Positions 9,352-20,166 are shown, numbered from the stretch's first letter. The stretch: 62,020 bases of DNA from an uncultured Pseudomonadales bacterium (GCA_964432115.1 CAYSMC010000024.1:1-62020); one strand, 5' to 3'. The notes: generated by a model from the sequence alone, not told the origin. A program made the numbers and translations.

Positions 9352-10884
9352 CTATTTTAAATTAATGGCGTATAAGTTGAAAGGCGAGTCTGGACTAAAA
9401 CTGGTATAAATAATGATTTGACTGCCGTCTGGCCAAGGATAAACAAACTCATCAATAAAAGGACCAGAATAAATGACCGTATTGTTATGACCATCATATT
9501 CCATGATGTGAATTTTACCATCTGCTACATAGAGTAGATGTTTAGAATCAGGAAACCATTGTAAACTGTTTAAACTGACTCCAGAATAATAGTTATTAAA
9601 ATTAATAGCAGTTGTTTCTTTATCATTGACTGAATCGGCCTGTAATCGTAAAAAGGCTTCGGGAGAAGCTTCTAACTGGCGCAGTTGATTATTAAATAAA
9701 TCATCACTAAGTAATTGTTTATCGAGAAAATTTAGCTCAATTTCTTCTTGTTCATCGTTGATTGCTTGATCAATGATTTGACTGTCGTTTTCGACAGGAT
9801 CTTCATTAGTTTCGGTACTTAAATTTTGTAAAGGAAAATTGGGACGAATATCTTCATTTAACACTAAAAAGTTTTTATCTTCCTCTCGGTCATAAACATA
9901 AATATTACCGATTTTTAAATCTCTATCTTCAGTCTGATTATTGGCAGCTGGTAAGGGAGGAATAAGTTCTTCTGTCAGGGTAACGTTAGCTGTGACGGTG
10001 TAGAGTAATCGTTTTTTATCTGGAGAGATGTAAACATTTTTAGCCGACTGGGTAGCAATTTGCAGAATTTCTTCAGGAAATTTTTCCAAAAACAAGCGTT
10101 CTTTTTGATAAATTTCTTCTTCCCAAGTAGACAGAGTGTTAGTTCTTAAATAAGAGATGTCCACTTGATTTGATAAAGTACTTTTTTTATCAACTGGAAT
10201 TAGGAATTCTTGGCCTCCAAACTTTTCATCAACCAGAATCATCACTTCTTGACTATCTGGTGACCAAATAATATGAGCTTTGTCTAATTCTAAATCAGGA
10301 AGATCATCACTAATTTGGCGAGGTCCACTCTGTAAAGATAAAAAATTACTAGTTAGTTCTAATAGATAAAAACCATTGCTGGTGGCAGAACCACCCTGGT
10401 TGAAATGGAAGAGAATTTTTTGCCCATCTGGAGAAGGATGAAGATTACTAATACCAGTTACAGTGAGAGGCAATAAACTTGGAGCGGTAGGGAATAGAGT
10501 AGCATTAGTTTGAGTAACTAATTCCTCTTGGACCAAGAGTTTTTTTTGCCAAACCGAATAACCTTCTTTGACAATTTTGATTTGGTATTCTCCTGGATCG
10601 ATATAAATAGTGTCATCGGTAGCAGTCACTAAGCGATCATCGATAAATACTTGAGCCCCAGTGGGAAAAGAATTAACGTTTAACAACCCAGTATTAGCGA
10701 CCATGCCTTCTTTGGTTAAACGCCAACTGCCACGAGCATAACGGATGGCAAAAATACTGCCAATCACAATGATTAATAAGGAAAACAAACTATACCCTAG
10801 TCGAGTAGTAAAAATTGCTTTGAAAATATTTTTGACTCGTCCAATTAAACGCTGGAAAATTTTCTTCTTTTTTTTAATTGCCAT
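9352..10884 (-). CDS. PEGA domain protein with TolB-like beta-propeller repeats
   Basis: TM then GLLNVNSFPTGAQVFID..PGEYQIKIVKEGY (PEGA); SPDG/WSPDS/WFPDS/WPDGS repeats. Confidence 0.85.
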   Translation of the reverse strand: MAIKKKKKIFQRLIGRVKNIFKAIFTTRLGYSLFSLLIIVIGSIFAIRYARGSWRLTKEGMVANTGLLNVNSFPTGAQVFIDDRLVTATDDTIYIDPGEYQIKIVKEGYSVWQKKLLVQEELVTQTNATLFPTAPSLLPLTVTGISNLHPSPDGQKILFHFNQGGSATSNGFYLLELTSNFLSLQSGPRQISDDLPDLELDKAHIIWSPDSQEVMILVDEKFGGQEFLIPVDKKSTLSNQVDISYLRTNTLSTWEEEIYQKERLFLEKFPEEILQIATQSAKNVYISPDKKRLLYTVTANVTLTEELIPPLPAANNQTEDRDLKIGNIYVYDREEDKNFLVLNEDIRPNFPLQNLSTETNEDPVENDSQIIDQAINDEQEEIELNFLDKQLLSDDLFNNQLRQLEASPEAFLRLQADSVNDKETTAINFNNYYSGVSLNSLQWFPDSKHLLYVADGKIHIMEYDGHNNTVIYSGPFIDEFVYPWPDGSQIIIYTSFSPDSPFNLYAINLK

Positions 10885-10957
10885 CTCATTTCATTTTTTT
10901 AATTAATATTTTTTGTGCCTTGTTCTTGTTGAGGTCTTTGACTATTATATCAATTAG

Positions 10958-12130
10958 ATGCCTAAAAGTCTTGATTTTACAAAGAAGACAAATAAACTCT
11001 CTCTGTGGCAACGTTTGGATTGGCGCCAAGCTTTAGCTATTGATTTAGGCAGTCATGAAATTCGCATTTTTCGAGCCAATCTTCGACAAAAAAGCCAAAT
11101 GGAAGTACTCAATATTGATCAGTCCTGTGTGGCTGTCAAACGAGCTAGAGTCTCAAGTCAAATTAAAGTATTAGCCATCGGTCGAGATGCTTTGGAAATG
11201 AGAGAAAGACTAGGAGATGAAGTTGAAGTCATTTTCCCGATTATTGCTGGGAGAATTATTAACGAAAAATTAGCTAAAATTTTACTTAAAGAATTACTAA
11301 AAAAAGCGTTGAGAGTAAATAGAATGTTACCTTTTGTTATCAGTCCCGTGGTGGTGGTCACTGTGAAAGCAGGAACAAGTGAATTTTCGCGCAGGAGTTT
11401 GAGTCGTTTATTTTATGATCTAGGAGTCAGTGAAGTGCATCTATTGTCAGAACCGTTGGCGGCCGCCATCGGTGTTGGCGTGCCGATTGCCGATGCCAGT
11501 GGGGTGATGTTAATGCAAATGGGAGCGGTAGGCGTTGAGGCGGCCGCCCTATCTTTAGGTTCAGTAGTGAGTTTTCAAAGTAATTTATGGACAGGCACAG
11601 TGGCTGGTTGGGAATTGGACGAATTATTGCGTGCTTATTTAGTCAAGAAACATCATTTATTAATTACCCTCGAAGCCAGTGAGACTCTCAAAAAACACAT
11701 CCAATTGACAACTAATATTGATGAACCAAGTACTGAAGTTAGTGAAGCCACTGAACAGACTCAGCACAAGGCACAAGCTGATGAGCTAATCAACCTGGTG
11801 GGTAGAGATTTAATCAGTCATCAAGCAAAAACTATCGCCGTTAGCAATCAAGAATTGGCCACAGCTATTAAACCAGTGATTAAAGATTATTTATTTTTGA
11901 TTGAACGTTTAATGGAAGAAATGCCTAACGCTTTATTAGCCGATGTTTTGGATAGAGGTTTGTTATTGTCTGGTAATTTGGCTAGATTAAATGGTTTAGA
12001 TCAATTTTTGGTTAATGCTTTAAAAATGCCGGTGGCTGTTGTTGATGACCCAGATTTGGCAGCCGCTACAGGTGCACTCACAGTTTTAGAAAATTTAGAA
12101 TTGTTTAAAGCAAGTTTAGCTTACACTTAA
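10958..12130 (+). CDS. mreB: Divergent MreB/Mbl actin-like protein
   Basis: AIDLGS, EPLAAAIGVG, DRGLLLSG, PVAVVDDP motifs. Confidence 0.8.
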   Translation: MPKSLDFTKKTNKLSLWQRLDWRQALAIDLGSHEIRIFRANLRQKSQMEVLNIDQSCVAVKRARVSSQIKVLAIGRDALEMRERLGDEVEVIFPIIAGRIINEKLAKILLKELLKKALRVNRMLPFVISPVVVVTVKAGTSEFSRRSLSRLFYDLGVSEVHLLSEPLAAAIGVGVPIADASGVMLMQMGAVGVEAAALSLGSVVSFQSNLWTGTVAGWELDELLRAYLVKKHHLLITLEASETLKKHIQLTTNIDEPSTEVSEATEQTQHKAQADELINLVGRDLISHQAKTIAVSNQELATAIKPVIKDYLFLIERLMEEMPNALLADVLDRGLLLSGNLARLNGLDQFLVNALKMPVAVVDDPDLAAATGALTVLENLELFKASLAYT

Positions 12131-12153
12131 TTGATTGGCCCTGTTTGCTCAGT

Positions 12154-13572
12154 CTATGCTTGATTTTTTAGTTTTAGCCAATAATCATTTTGACGACATA
12201 AAACTTTTTTAGCCATTTTTTCCTCTTTTAATAAGAGTTCCACTGCTTTTTCGAGGTAAATAGTGTTTTGTGAACCTTTAACTAAGACCAAATCACCTGT
12301 CTGTAAATTTTTGGCTAAAGCACTGCCAGCCAATTGACTATCAGTAAAAGTTGCAACTCGAGCGATCTTTCCTTCTTTTTTGGCAATTTTGTCTTGCAAA
12401 ATGGGCAAAACATAGTTTTTCATTAGTGGTCCAATCAGGTATATTTCTGTAAACTGCTTGGCCAATGCTCGAGCTGTCTCTTGATGAATCACTTGAGCTT
12501 CTTGACCTAATTCTCGAATATCTCCAACAATGGCCACTAGCCGTTTAACGTGTTGATCATTGTTGGCTAATTGTTCAGCCAGTTTGATCATTTCCAACAT
12601 GCCAGAGGCATTGTATGAACTATCCAAAATGTAGCTTCTGTTTTTACCAAGCAATAAGTTGCTCCTACCTGGTTCAACGGTCCAGTAATTTTCTAAGTTT
12701 TTTTTGATTTCAGTTTTGTTCAAACCAAGTTTTAATGCCAGCAAGATAGCACTAGCTAGAGCTGTAGAGTAATGTTGACCCAACACTAAATTTTTTAATT
12801 TAATCTCAATAAGTCGATTGGCTAGGTCGTATTTTTTTAAACGATTATTAATTTTAAAAACAAATAGGCTTCCATCAAGATTCACTTGCCAATTAACCAG
12901 TTTTAGATCTAGTTCATAATTTTGCGCAGGATCATTTTCACCAAAAGTTAAAATTTCAGCTTGAGTTTGACGACTAAATTGCCAAATAACTTGATCATCT
13001 CGATTAATAATCGCTAAACCATTATTGGGCAGTGATTGTGCTAATTTACTTTTTTCTGCAGCGATGAGTCTAATGGCTGTTTGTTCACGTTGCTCCGCAT
13101 TTTGTTCGCTAATAAATTGATCAAAATTTTGACTATGGATGGCTTTAGCATTTAACATAATAGCAATTTGTGGTTGAACGATGCTCAATAAATATTCCAT
13201 GTTCTTGGGTGGTAAAGGACTATCAATCCCCATTTCAATGACATACACATCAAATTGTTCCCAGTTACTCAACAATTTCCAAGGAGCCAGTAAAATCAGG
13301 CGGAGCCAATCTAGAGGACTATAATTTTTCACTTTTAGACCCAAAATATCTAAAGGAATACCTGATTCAGAATTGGCTTTATGACTAACTTTAATCTTGA
13401 AGTGAGCCTTATTCTTACCTAAGACAGCCAAGATCGCTGATTGACAACTAGTTTTACCAGCACTGCCAGTTATTCCCACGATTTTGGCTTGTTTATTCTT
13501 GGTCAATTGCAACTTAGCAAAAAAGCGCAAATAAGAAAGAACTAGAGAAGCGAGATTGTGTCTAATATTCAT
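12154..13572 (-). CDS. murF: UDP-N-acetylmuramoyl-tripeptide--D-Ala-D-Ala ligase
   Basis: GITGSAGKTS, EMG, DSSYNA, GDIRELG, LVKGSQ. Confidence 0.88.
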   Translation of the reverse strand: MNIRHNLASLVLSYLRFFAKLQLTKNKQAKIVGITGSAGKTSCQSAILAVLGKNKAHFKIKVSHKANSESGIPLDILGLKVKNYSPLDWLRLILLAPWKLLSNWEQFDVYVIEMGIDSPLPPKNMEYLLSIVQPQIAIMLNAKAIHSQNFDQFISEQNAEQREQTAIRLIAAEKSKLAQSLPNNGLAIINRDDQVIWQFSRQTQAEILTFGENDPAQNYELDLKLVNWQVNLDGSLFVFKINNRLKKYDLANRLIEIKLKNLVLGQHYSTALASAILLALKLGLNKTEIKKNLENYWTVEPGRSNLLLGKNRSYILDSSYNASGMLEMIKLAEQLANNDQHVKRLVAIVGDIRELGQEAQVIHQETARALAKQFTEIYLIGPLMKNYVLPILQDKIAKKEGKIARVATFTDSQLAGSALAKNLQTGDLVLVKGSQNTIYLEKAVELLLKEEKMAKKVLCRQNDYWLKLKNQA

Positions 13573-15038
13573 TTCTTTTTTTCTAAGTCATTAACAGCTA
13601 ATTGGAATTGTTGACCACGATCCTGATAGTCTTTAAATAAGCCAAAGCTGGCACAAGCTGGACTGAGCAGCACCACATCACCCGATTTAGCCCACTGGCT
13701 AGCTTGTTCGACTGCTTCAGTCATCGAATGACACAGTTTGTGTTTGGGGAAAATGTTAACTGCTAACTCCTGTTTTTGCCACATTTTTTGTAATTCCTGC
13801 AGGATTTTGTTTCCAACTGGAGGAAAAAGCAGTAGAGCTTTGACCTGGTGTTCGATAATACTATCTAAATATTCATTAAGATTAAGTTTTTTATCAGAAC
13901 CGCCGGCCAGGAGAATAATTTTTCCTTGAGGAAAACTACGGATTGCTGCACTGCCTGCAGTGGGATTAGTGGCAATAGAATCATCAAAATATTTAACACC
14001 ATTAATCTCAGCTACAAATTCCAAGCGATGAGCCAGGCCTTGAAAATTGCTAATACTCTGTTGCAAACTGGTGGCTTTGACTTGAAAAATTAAAGCGACC
14101 GCAATAGCACTTAATACATTATATAAATTGTGTCTCCCCAACAGTGGTACGTCCTTAACAGCCATTAATTTGACTAATTGAGTTGAATCATTAGTTTTTC
14201 GCCAGTAGATGTTTTCGTTTTTAATGAACACTCGGACGCTAGGATCAGCACTGGCATCTTGTAGAGAATGTTTAATTAAGTGATCATTCCGCACTGCACT
14301 TAATTCAGCTAATTGTCGAGCGCCATCAAGTTGCGGATTATAAACTAACCAATCATGAGGGCCTTGGTAACGAGTAATGGCTGTTTTTGAAGCAAAATAC
14401 TGTTCAAAATTAGCAAAATAATCTAAATGCTCTGGGGTCACATCAAGTAAAACTGCTACTTGAGGACTAGCTTTTAACTCAGCTAATTGATGAGAAGATA
14501 GTTCTGTTACTACCAAGGTATCTTGATCAATAACCGATAAATAATTAAGAGCTGGTCGGCCAATGTTACCGAGCAAGACAGTTTTTTGGCCATCTCGACT
14601 CAAGATATCAAAAATTAATTGACTAGTAGTACTTTTACCTTTACTACCGGTAATACCAATGATGGTGCCCTGACAGCGGTCAAAAAATAATTGCATGTTG
14701 GAAGTAATTTGCAAGCTTGGGTTGAGTTCTAGTGCTGTCTGAATGGCGGGTAGAGTAATAGGGATACCGGCAGTTTTGATTAAAAAATCAAAATTAGCTA
14801 AATTATCTAAATAATGATCGCCAATTTGCCAGACTAATTTTTGATCTAGTCGGCTAATTTCTTTCCATTCTGGAAAATTTGCTAGCAAAATATCGGTGGA
14901 GGATTGATCAGCTAAAGTCAGTTCTTGTTCGGGAAACTGTTCACGCAAAAAACGGTAACTAGACAAACTTTCTCTGCCGAGTCCCAGAATAATAATGCGT
15001 GCTCCAGCCAAGTCCGACATACTCTTATATTTTAGCAT
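13569..15038 (-). CDS. murD: UDP-N-acetylmuramoyl-L-alanine--D-glutamate ligase
   Basis: GITGSKGKSTT, GNIG, ELSS, HRLE, DDSIATN, LLSPACASF; true start may be ATG 15020. Confidence 0.93.
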   Translation of the reverse strand: MLKYKSMSDLAGARIIILGLGRESLSSYRFLREQFPEQELTLADQSSTDILLANFPEWKEISRLDQKLVWQIGDHYLDNLANFDFLIKTAGIPITLPAIQTALELNPSLQITSNMQLFFDRCQGTIIGITGSKGKSTTSQLIFDILSRDGQKTVLLGNIGRPALNYLSVIDQDTLVVTELSSHQLAELKASPQVAVLLDVTPEHLDYFANFEQYFASKTAITRYQGPHDWLVYNPQLDGARQLAELSAVRNDHLIKHSLQDASADPSVRVFIKNENIYWRKTNDSTQLVKLMAVKDVPLLGRHNLYNVLSAIAVALIFQVKATSLQQSISNFQGLAHRLEFVAEINGVKYFDDSIATNPTAGSAAIRSFPQGKIILLAGGSDKKLNLNEYLDSIIEHQVKALLLFPPVGNKILQELQKMWQKQELAVNIFPKHKLCHSMTEAVEQASQWAKSGDVVLLSPACASFGLFKDYQDRGQQFQLAVNDLEKKK

Positions 15039-15090
15039 TTTTGCTCTAGTTTTGGGCGATCATAAAAATTCTTTGTGCTATGATAAAAAA

Positions 15091-15951
15091 ATGAAATCTT
15101 TATTTTTCCAATTACCCATTTATACAACTGGTTGGAAAGATTTTTGGATATTGCTCAAAAATCATTTAGAAAAAGCAAATTCATCAGATTTATGCTTAAT
15201 TTTTACTCCTAATCCAGAAATTATTGTTCAGGTGGATGAAAATCCAACTTTGTTAAAAGTACTTAACCATGCAGACTTTTTACTGCCAGACGGAATTGGT
15301 TTGTTGTTAGCTAATCGCTGGATTCGTTTGCGTCAGCGCCTACTGTTTTGGCGAAAAAACCCACTAATGCCGGCTAAAATTAGTGAAAAAATGGCTGGTG
15401 TAGACTTAGCTGATAAATTATTGATCGAAGCAGCTAAGAAAAATTATGTCAGTTTAATTATTGGTGGACGTAATTATGCAGAATTCTGGGGTAAACGAGG
15501 TGGAGAATATCAAGGAGAAATATTTGAAGATGAAGCAAGTTTAATCAAACTAAAGAACAATTTGTATTGGACTGAGGCTTATCAAGATAAAGATGAACCT
15601 CTGTCGATTGAAGATCAGGCGATTGAACGAATTCTCAAAAAAGTTAAACCCCAGATAGTGTTTGTGGCCTTGGGTTCATTAGATCAAGAACAGTGGTTGG
15701 TGGAGTGGCGCGCGCGCCTAGAGCAAGCGGGCGTGTTGGTGGCGATTGGGGTAGGGGGAGCTTTTGATTTATTGTTTGGCCGAGTAGCGCGCGCGCCTCG
15801 TTTCTTTCGCGCCCTAGCTTTGGAATGGTTATGGCGCTTGCTACAACAACCGTGGCGCTGGCGACGTCAATTGCGTTTACTGAAATTTCTTATTTTAGTA
15901 AATAAAGAAGCCAAAAGTTGGCAAAAAATGACAAAAGCTCAGTTTAACTGA
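15091..15951 (+). CDS. WecB/TagA/CpsF family glycosyltransferase
   Basis: TPNPE, PDGIG, VALGS..QE, GVGGAFD, RAP..LEWLWRL..QPWRWRR; start reset to ATG 15091, after TGcTATGAT -10. Confidence 0.88.
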   Translation: MKSLFFQLPIYTTGWKDFWILLKNHLEKANSSDLCLIFTPNPEIIVQVDENPTLLKVLNHADFLLPDGIGLLLANRWIRLRQRLLFWRKNPLMPAKISEKMAGVDLADKLLIEAAKKNYVSLIIGGRNYAEFWGKRGGEYQGEIFEDEASLIKLKNNLYWTEAYQDKDEPLSIEDQAIERILKKVKPQIVFVALGSLDQEQWLVEWRARLEQAGVLVAIGVGGAFDLLFGRVARAPRFFRALALEWLWRLLQQPWRWRRQLRLLKFLILVNKEAKSWQKMTKAQFN

Positions 15952-15955
15952 GCTT
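15935..15955. terminator. Hairpin between convergent genes
   Basis: AAGCTCAGT-TTA-ACTGAGCTT. Confidence 0.55.
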
Positions 15956-15973
15956 AATTGTCTGTCAAATTAC

Positions 15974-16258
15974 TTAATTGTCTTTCAATTCCTCTGGATT
16001 AACGCCTAAGAGCCATAAAACGGCCTCTTTTTTGTAACGACGATCACCGCGAGAGTTGATTCTGATAGCGGGAAGTTTACCGCGTTTACCCCAGCGCTTA
16101 ATAGTGAGTGGAGAAACTCGCAGCAAATCAGCTACTTCTCTGACTGTTAAAAGATCGGGTAAGTTTTTGATGTCGAGTTTAGCGGCGTCAGTGGCCCGAC
16201 CGGTTTTTTTCTCGTCATCTTCATTGAGATTGACATTAATGCCTGGACTATCGCTCAT
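15974..16258 (-). CDS. MerR/excisionase-like helix-turn-helix protein (BldC-like, HTH_17)
   Basis: LLTVREVADLLRVSPLTIKRWGKRGKLPAIR..RGDRRY. Confidence 0.88.
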   Translation of the reverse strand: MSDSPGINVNLNEDDEKKTGRATDAAKLDIKNLPDLLTVREVADLLRVSPLTIKRWGKRGKLPAIRINSRGDRRYKKEAVLWLLGVNPEELKDN

Positions 16259-16550
16259 TTTGCCTTTCTGTGGCTTATTATTTTAAGCCTATAAAAGTTG
16301 TTAAGTTTAGTAATTGTTTGATCAATTATGATCTATACTTAACAATAGCAGACTAAGACAAATTAAGTCAATAAGCAATTTTTATTTCTAGATCAAAATT
16401 ATACAAATTATCTTTTTTGAGGCTTTTTTTCAATGCTTAAACGATGATCTGCTCAGTTGATATCCTATAATATTTTAGAATGAAGAAAATTAGTCCTATA
16501 ATTTATTTAAAATAATCAAAATGTAGCAAAAATCTTGTTCCAGATATAGC

Positions 16551-16574
16551 AAAAACCCCGTTGGTGACGGGGTT
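16551..16574 (-). terminator. Intrinsic terminator after rplL
   Basis: AACCCCG-TTGGTGA-CGGGGTT stem with U-tract on minus strand. Confidence 0.75.
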
Positions 16575-16619
16575 AATACATAATTTTTTGCTAAAAATTT
16601 GCTAGAAAATAGTCAACAC

Positions 16620-17021
16620 TTATTTAAGCTCGACTACACAGCCAGCTTCTTCCAAAGCTTTTTTGGCTGCTTCAGCATCTTCTTTTTTGGCACCTTCCAA
16701 GACTGGTTTAGGAGCTGATTCCACGAAGGTTTTAGCATCACCTAGACCGAGATCTGGTTTGAGAGTGCGAACTGCCTTGATAGCAGCAATTTTGTTGCTA
16801 CCAGCTTCTTTGAGGATGACGTCAAATTCATCTTTTTCCTCAGCAGCAGGGGCTGCAGCAACGGCTGGACCAGCAGCCATCATCATGGGAGCTGCGGCGT
16901 TAACGCCGAATTCTTCCTCAAGGGCGCTGACCAGTTCTGAAACTTCCATTAAGGAAAGTTCTTTGACTGCATCAACAAGTTTTTGCACTTTGGCGCTCAA
17001 TTTCTTTGCTTTTTCTGCCAT
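16620..17021 (-). CDS. rplL: 50S ribosomal protein L7/L12
   Basis: [33 protein letters not shown]. Confidence 0.97.
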   Translation of the reverse strand: MAEKAKKLSAKVQKLVDAVKELSLMEVSELVSALEEEFGVNAAAPMMMAAGPAVAAAPAAEEKDEFDVILKEAGSNKIAAIKAVRTLKPDLGLGDAKTFVESAPKPVLEGAKKEDAEAAKKALEEAGCVVELK

Positions 17022-17076
17022 TGTGATCCTTTCTGTTAATTAGTGGTTTGACTAATTATTAATAATTTTTAAATTT

Positions 17077-17583
17077 TTATTCTTTTTTAGTTGCAATAGC
17101 TTTGAGTACGTAAACTAAATCTTTACTCTTAGCAGTTAAAGTATTGACCAAGCCTTGTCCTGGACCCTTGAGTCGTTGAATTAACATGACTACCAATTCA
17201 CTCTTGCTTGGTAATTTGCTCAGGGCTTCAACTTCGTCAATTGATAACACTTTATCTTCCATAAAGCCCTGCTTAATACTTAATTTTTGTTGATCTTGGT
17301 GAAAATTAAAGAGGGCCTTCAAGCCAGAAACAGCATCTGTGTAAGAAAAAACAATAGCATTCATGCCAGTTAATGATTCACTAACTTTACCTTTACCAAG
17401 GGCAATATCAATCAGAGTATTCTTGGTGACAAACATTTCACCACCAGCTTCTTTGAGATCATTGCGCAGAGTGGTGAGATCATTAACATTACTTCCAGAG
17501 TAATCAACAATCACTAAAGATTTAGCTCGATCAATTTTTTCTTGAATAATTTTGACTTGTTCTAGATTGTCTTTACTTGGCAT
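17077..17583 (-). CDS. rplJ: 50S ribosomal protein L10
   Basis: DYSG..LR..VTKNTL..LSKLPS; directly upstream of rplL. Confidence 0.95.
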   Translation of the reverse strand: MPSKDNLEQVKIIQEKIDRAKSLVIVDYSGSNVNDLTTLRNDLKEAGGEMFVTKNTLIDIALGKGKVSESLTGMNAIVFSYTDAVSGLKALFNFHQDQQKLSIKQGFMEDKVLSIDEVEALSKLPSKSELVVMLIQRLKGPGQGLVNTLTAKSKDLVYVLKAIATKKE

Positions 17584-17669
17584 AAGTCCTTTTTCTTAAT
17601 GTTTTTTATTTACTAAAAATCACAGCTATCTTGTAGCCAAAAACTTGAGAAAAAGAAAAAACGAAATGC

Positions 17670-17725
17670 TTTTGCTTCCTCGGTGTGATGATTAAGCCTG
17701 GTGGCCCACACTGTCTTTGGACAAC
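17670..17725 (-). promoter_or_regulatory. L10 leader autoregulatory RNA
   Basis: Minus strand CCAAAGACAGTG..TTAA..CACCGAGG in the rplJ 5' region fits the L10-leader pattern. Confidence 0.65.
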
Positions 17726-17802
17726 AAAGGAATTATAGCAGAGAATAGTTGGCTGACAAGGCGCATTTACAAGCATTAACTAATGAGCAATAATAGGATT
17801 TG

Positions 17803-20004
17803 ATGAAAAAACAAGTTTTAATTCCCAAAATTTTTTTAGTATTTCTTCTTTTTTTATTTTCTTTGATTTCAAGCTTGTTGTTGAGCAAACCTATTTTGGC
17901 TAAAAGCTACAGCATTGATCAAACACAAATTGAAATATTTTTGCAAAGTGATGGTTCGGCCGAAGTGATCGAACAACGAGTTTTCAATTTCCAGGGTGAT
18001 TATCGTTTTGTGTATCAGAAAATTCCTTATCAAAACGAGCAAAGCTTGACTGATTCTGGTCGAAGCGAGCCATATTTGTTAAATAATTTTGAACTTTGTG
18101 AAGTTGATCAAAGCAGTGGAGTTAATCAGTACGATTGCTATGAATTTTTGGAACAAAATCAGGTAAATTTAAGCGAAGCGCGCAATAATCCAGAAAAAAC
18201 TTTTTACGTGGAGCTACGGCCAAACGAATATTTTTTACAATGGCACTATCAAGCCCTCAATGAAAAGAAAATTTTTGAGCTGCGATACGAAGTGGAAAAT
18301 TTACTCACTCAACAAAATAATGTTGCCGAATTATATTGGCAATTTGTTGGCGATGATTGGGAAGTAGCTCACGGTATCATTGATATTACCGTGTGGTTAC
18401 CAGCCAATTTTTTAGCTTCACAGTTAAAAGATGTTCAAGCTTGGGGTCATGGTCCTTTAGCTGGAGTAGTTAACATTGATGCTTTACCCTCTGATAATGG
18501 TTTATATGGTGTTCATTTTACAGCAGCTGCTTTACCCATTGCTCAATTTTTGGAGGGCAGAGTAATTTTACCCATGGAAGTGTTAATTGATGCGGAAACT
18601 TTACCAGTAGGTAAGCTCAATCGGCAAGAGATTAGTGAGCAAGAACAGCAATTTATTGCTGAAACAGAGGCAAAGTTAAAAAGAGAAGAGACAATAGCCA
18701 AAATTATATTTGTAATTGCTTCATTGTTGAGTATTTTAGGCATGATCTTTTTTGTTAAAAGTTTATTAGCTCATCTGAAATTAGCCAAGGAGGAACGCTT
18801 ACAAGCACTACCGGGTGTTTGGGAGCCACCTAGTGATTTAGAACCGGCTTTGGTTTATCAGTTGTTGCATAAGACTAAAAAGTTAAATCCTTCAGTTTTT
18901 ACTGCTACTGTTTTGTCGCTAGTACACAAAAAAGTGTGTCGGATTGTGCGCAGTGACAAAAAAGAAGGTTTTATCAAAAAAGACTATCGTTATTTTTTAG
19001 AGTTAACTGACAAAGCAGGCCAAGCAAAGTTATCAGTTATTGAACAAGAAGTTTTTGATTTTCTTTTTAATAAAGTGATCAAGTTATATGGTAAATATTA
19101 TCACCGATCCAGTAAAAAGTGGCTTAATGAACAAAAATTTAATCAGCTTTGGCGGAAAGCTAATCTCAAAGGTAGTCATGAAAATTTATTGAAGGCAAAA
19201 GAACAAACTCGCCAAAACTTGGATTTACAAGATATTGCTAAATATACCAAAACCTATGCTAGTAGTAGTTACCTTTTTTTTCAGGGTTTGGAAAAAAAAG
19301 CTTTCGCAGCTAATTTGGCTGATGGCTATTTTGATCAAAAGTCTCATCAATATGCTAGTGGTTTAAGCAATCTCAAGCTGTTTATTGCGCCTGTAATTAG
19401 TTTTTTGTTAATTATTATTATTGCTAATTTTTCAGAAAGCATTGATTCCTTGATCAGTGAAACTTGGTTGTCGATGACTTGGCCCTTGATTATTGCTAAT
19501 GTGTTATTTGGCACCAGTGCTGCAGTAGTGATGTTAATTTTGCAATACAGCAGTGAAAAAAGAAGCGAAAAGGGTCATCGCGAAGCTGAACAATGGTTGT
19601 CTTTTAAAAAACATTTAAAAGATTATAAAAAGACGAAAAATTATGCCATTGATTCAATTATTCTTTGGGAAAAATATTTAGTTTATGGCACTTTATTTGG
19701 TGTATCCATGAAGGCTTTATCTCAGTTACCGGTTAAATTTGAAGATTGGTCTAGAGCGGATCAACAGGCTTTGGTTAATTATTGGGGAATGTCCAGCGTT
19801 AATTTGAGTCAATCAGCCATAATAAATATGAATAATTTCAATTTGGGTAGTATCACTCATTCTTTGAATTCTTTAGGCAATGCTTTTAATACCATTAGCA
19901 GTGGGGCATCGCGCAGTTACGGAGCCAGTGGTGGCGGTTCTAGTGGTGGTTTTTCTGGTGGCGGTGGTGGTGGCGGCGGCGGTGGTGCTGGGGGTGCTGG
20001 TTAA
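17803..20004 (+). CDS. DUF2207 domain membrane protein
   Basis: Signal peptide, ELYWQFVGDDW, WGHGPL, WEKYLVYG, Gly-rich C-terminus GGFSGGGGGGGGG. Confidence 0.9.
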   Translation: MKKQVLIPKIFLVFLLFLFSLISSLLLSKPILAKSYSIDQTQIEIFLQSDGSAEVIEQRVFNFQGDYRFVYQKIPYQNEQSLTDSGRSEPYLLNNFELCEVDQSSGVNQYDCYEFLEQNQVNLSEARNNPEKTFYVELRPNEYFLQWHYQALNEKKIFELRYEVENLLTQQNNVAELYWQFVGDDWEVAHGIIDITVWLPANFLASQLKDVQAWGHGPLAGVVNIDALPSDNGLYGVHFTAAALPIAQFLEGRVILPMEVLIDAETLPVGKLNRQEISEQEQQFIAETEAKLKREETIAKIIFVIASLLSILGMIFFVKSLLAHLKLAKEERLQALPGVWEPPSDLEPALVYQLLHKTKKLNPSVFTATVLSLVHKKVCRIVRSDKKEGFIKKDYRYFLELTDKAGQAKLSVIEQEVFDFLFNKVIKLYGKYYHRSSKKWLNEQKFNQLWRKANLKGSHENLLKAKEQTRQNLDLQDIAKYTKTYASSSYLFFQGLEKKAFAANLADGYFDQKSHQYASGLSNLKLFIAPVISFLLIIIIANFSESIDSLISETWLSMTWPLIIANVLFGTSAAVVMLILQYSSEKRSEKGHREAEQWLSFKKHLKDYKKTKNYAIDSIILWEKYLVYGTLFGVSMKALSQLPVKFEDWSRADQQALVNYWGMSSVNLSQSAIINMNNFNLGSITHSLNSLGNAFNTISSGASRSYGASGGGSSGGFSGGGGGGGGGGAGGAG

Positions 20005-20054
20005 ATTAGGTTTTTATTAATGAAGCTTTTTTTTTCATGTTATAATGATTGGCA

Positions 20055-20099
20055 ATGTTAAAAATTATCTCAACTACCAACATTACTATTAGCCCCTAG
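20055..20099 (+). CDS. Putative Thr/Ile-rich leader peptide MLKIISTTNITISP
   Basis: 14 codons with 3 Thr and 4 Ile, 8 nt after TGtTATAAT, upstream of a terminator and thrS. Confidence 0.7.
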   Translation: MLKIISTTNITISP

Positions 20100-20142
20100 T
20101 GGGTGTGTGTAATGGAGTTTAGATAATTGACCATCAACGCAG

Positions 20143-20166
20143 ACCCGCAGCTAAGGCGGGTTTTTT
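20143..20166 (+). terminator. Attenuator terminator upstream of thrS
   Basis: ACCCGC-AGCTAAG-GCGGGT followed by T-tract. Confidence 0.8.

Noticed and set aside
15974-16258. HTH protein as the excisionase of the array or a prophage
   Set aside because: It is 16 kb away among housekeeping genes with no phage or integrase neighbours; better explained as a BldC-like regulator.
19921-20004. GGT/GGC low-complexity run
   Set aside because: Encodes the normal Gly-rich C-terminus of DUF2207 proteins.
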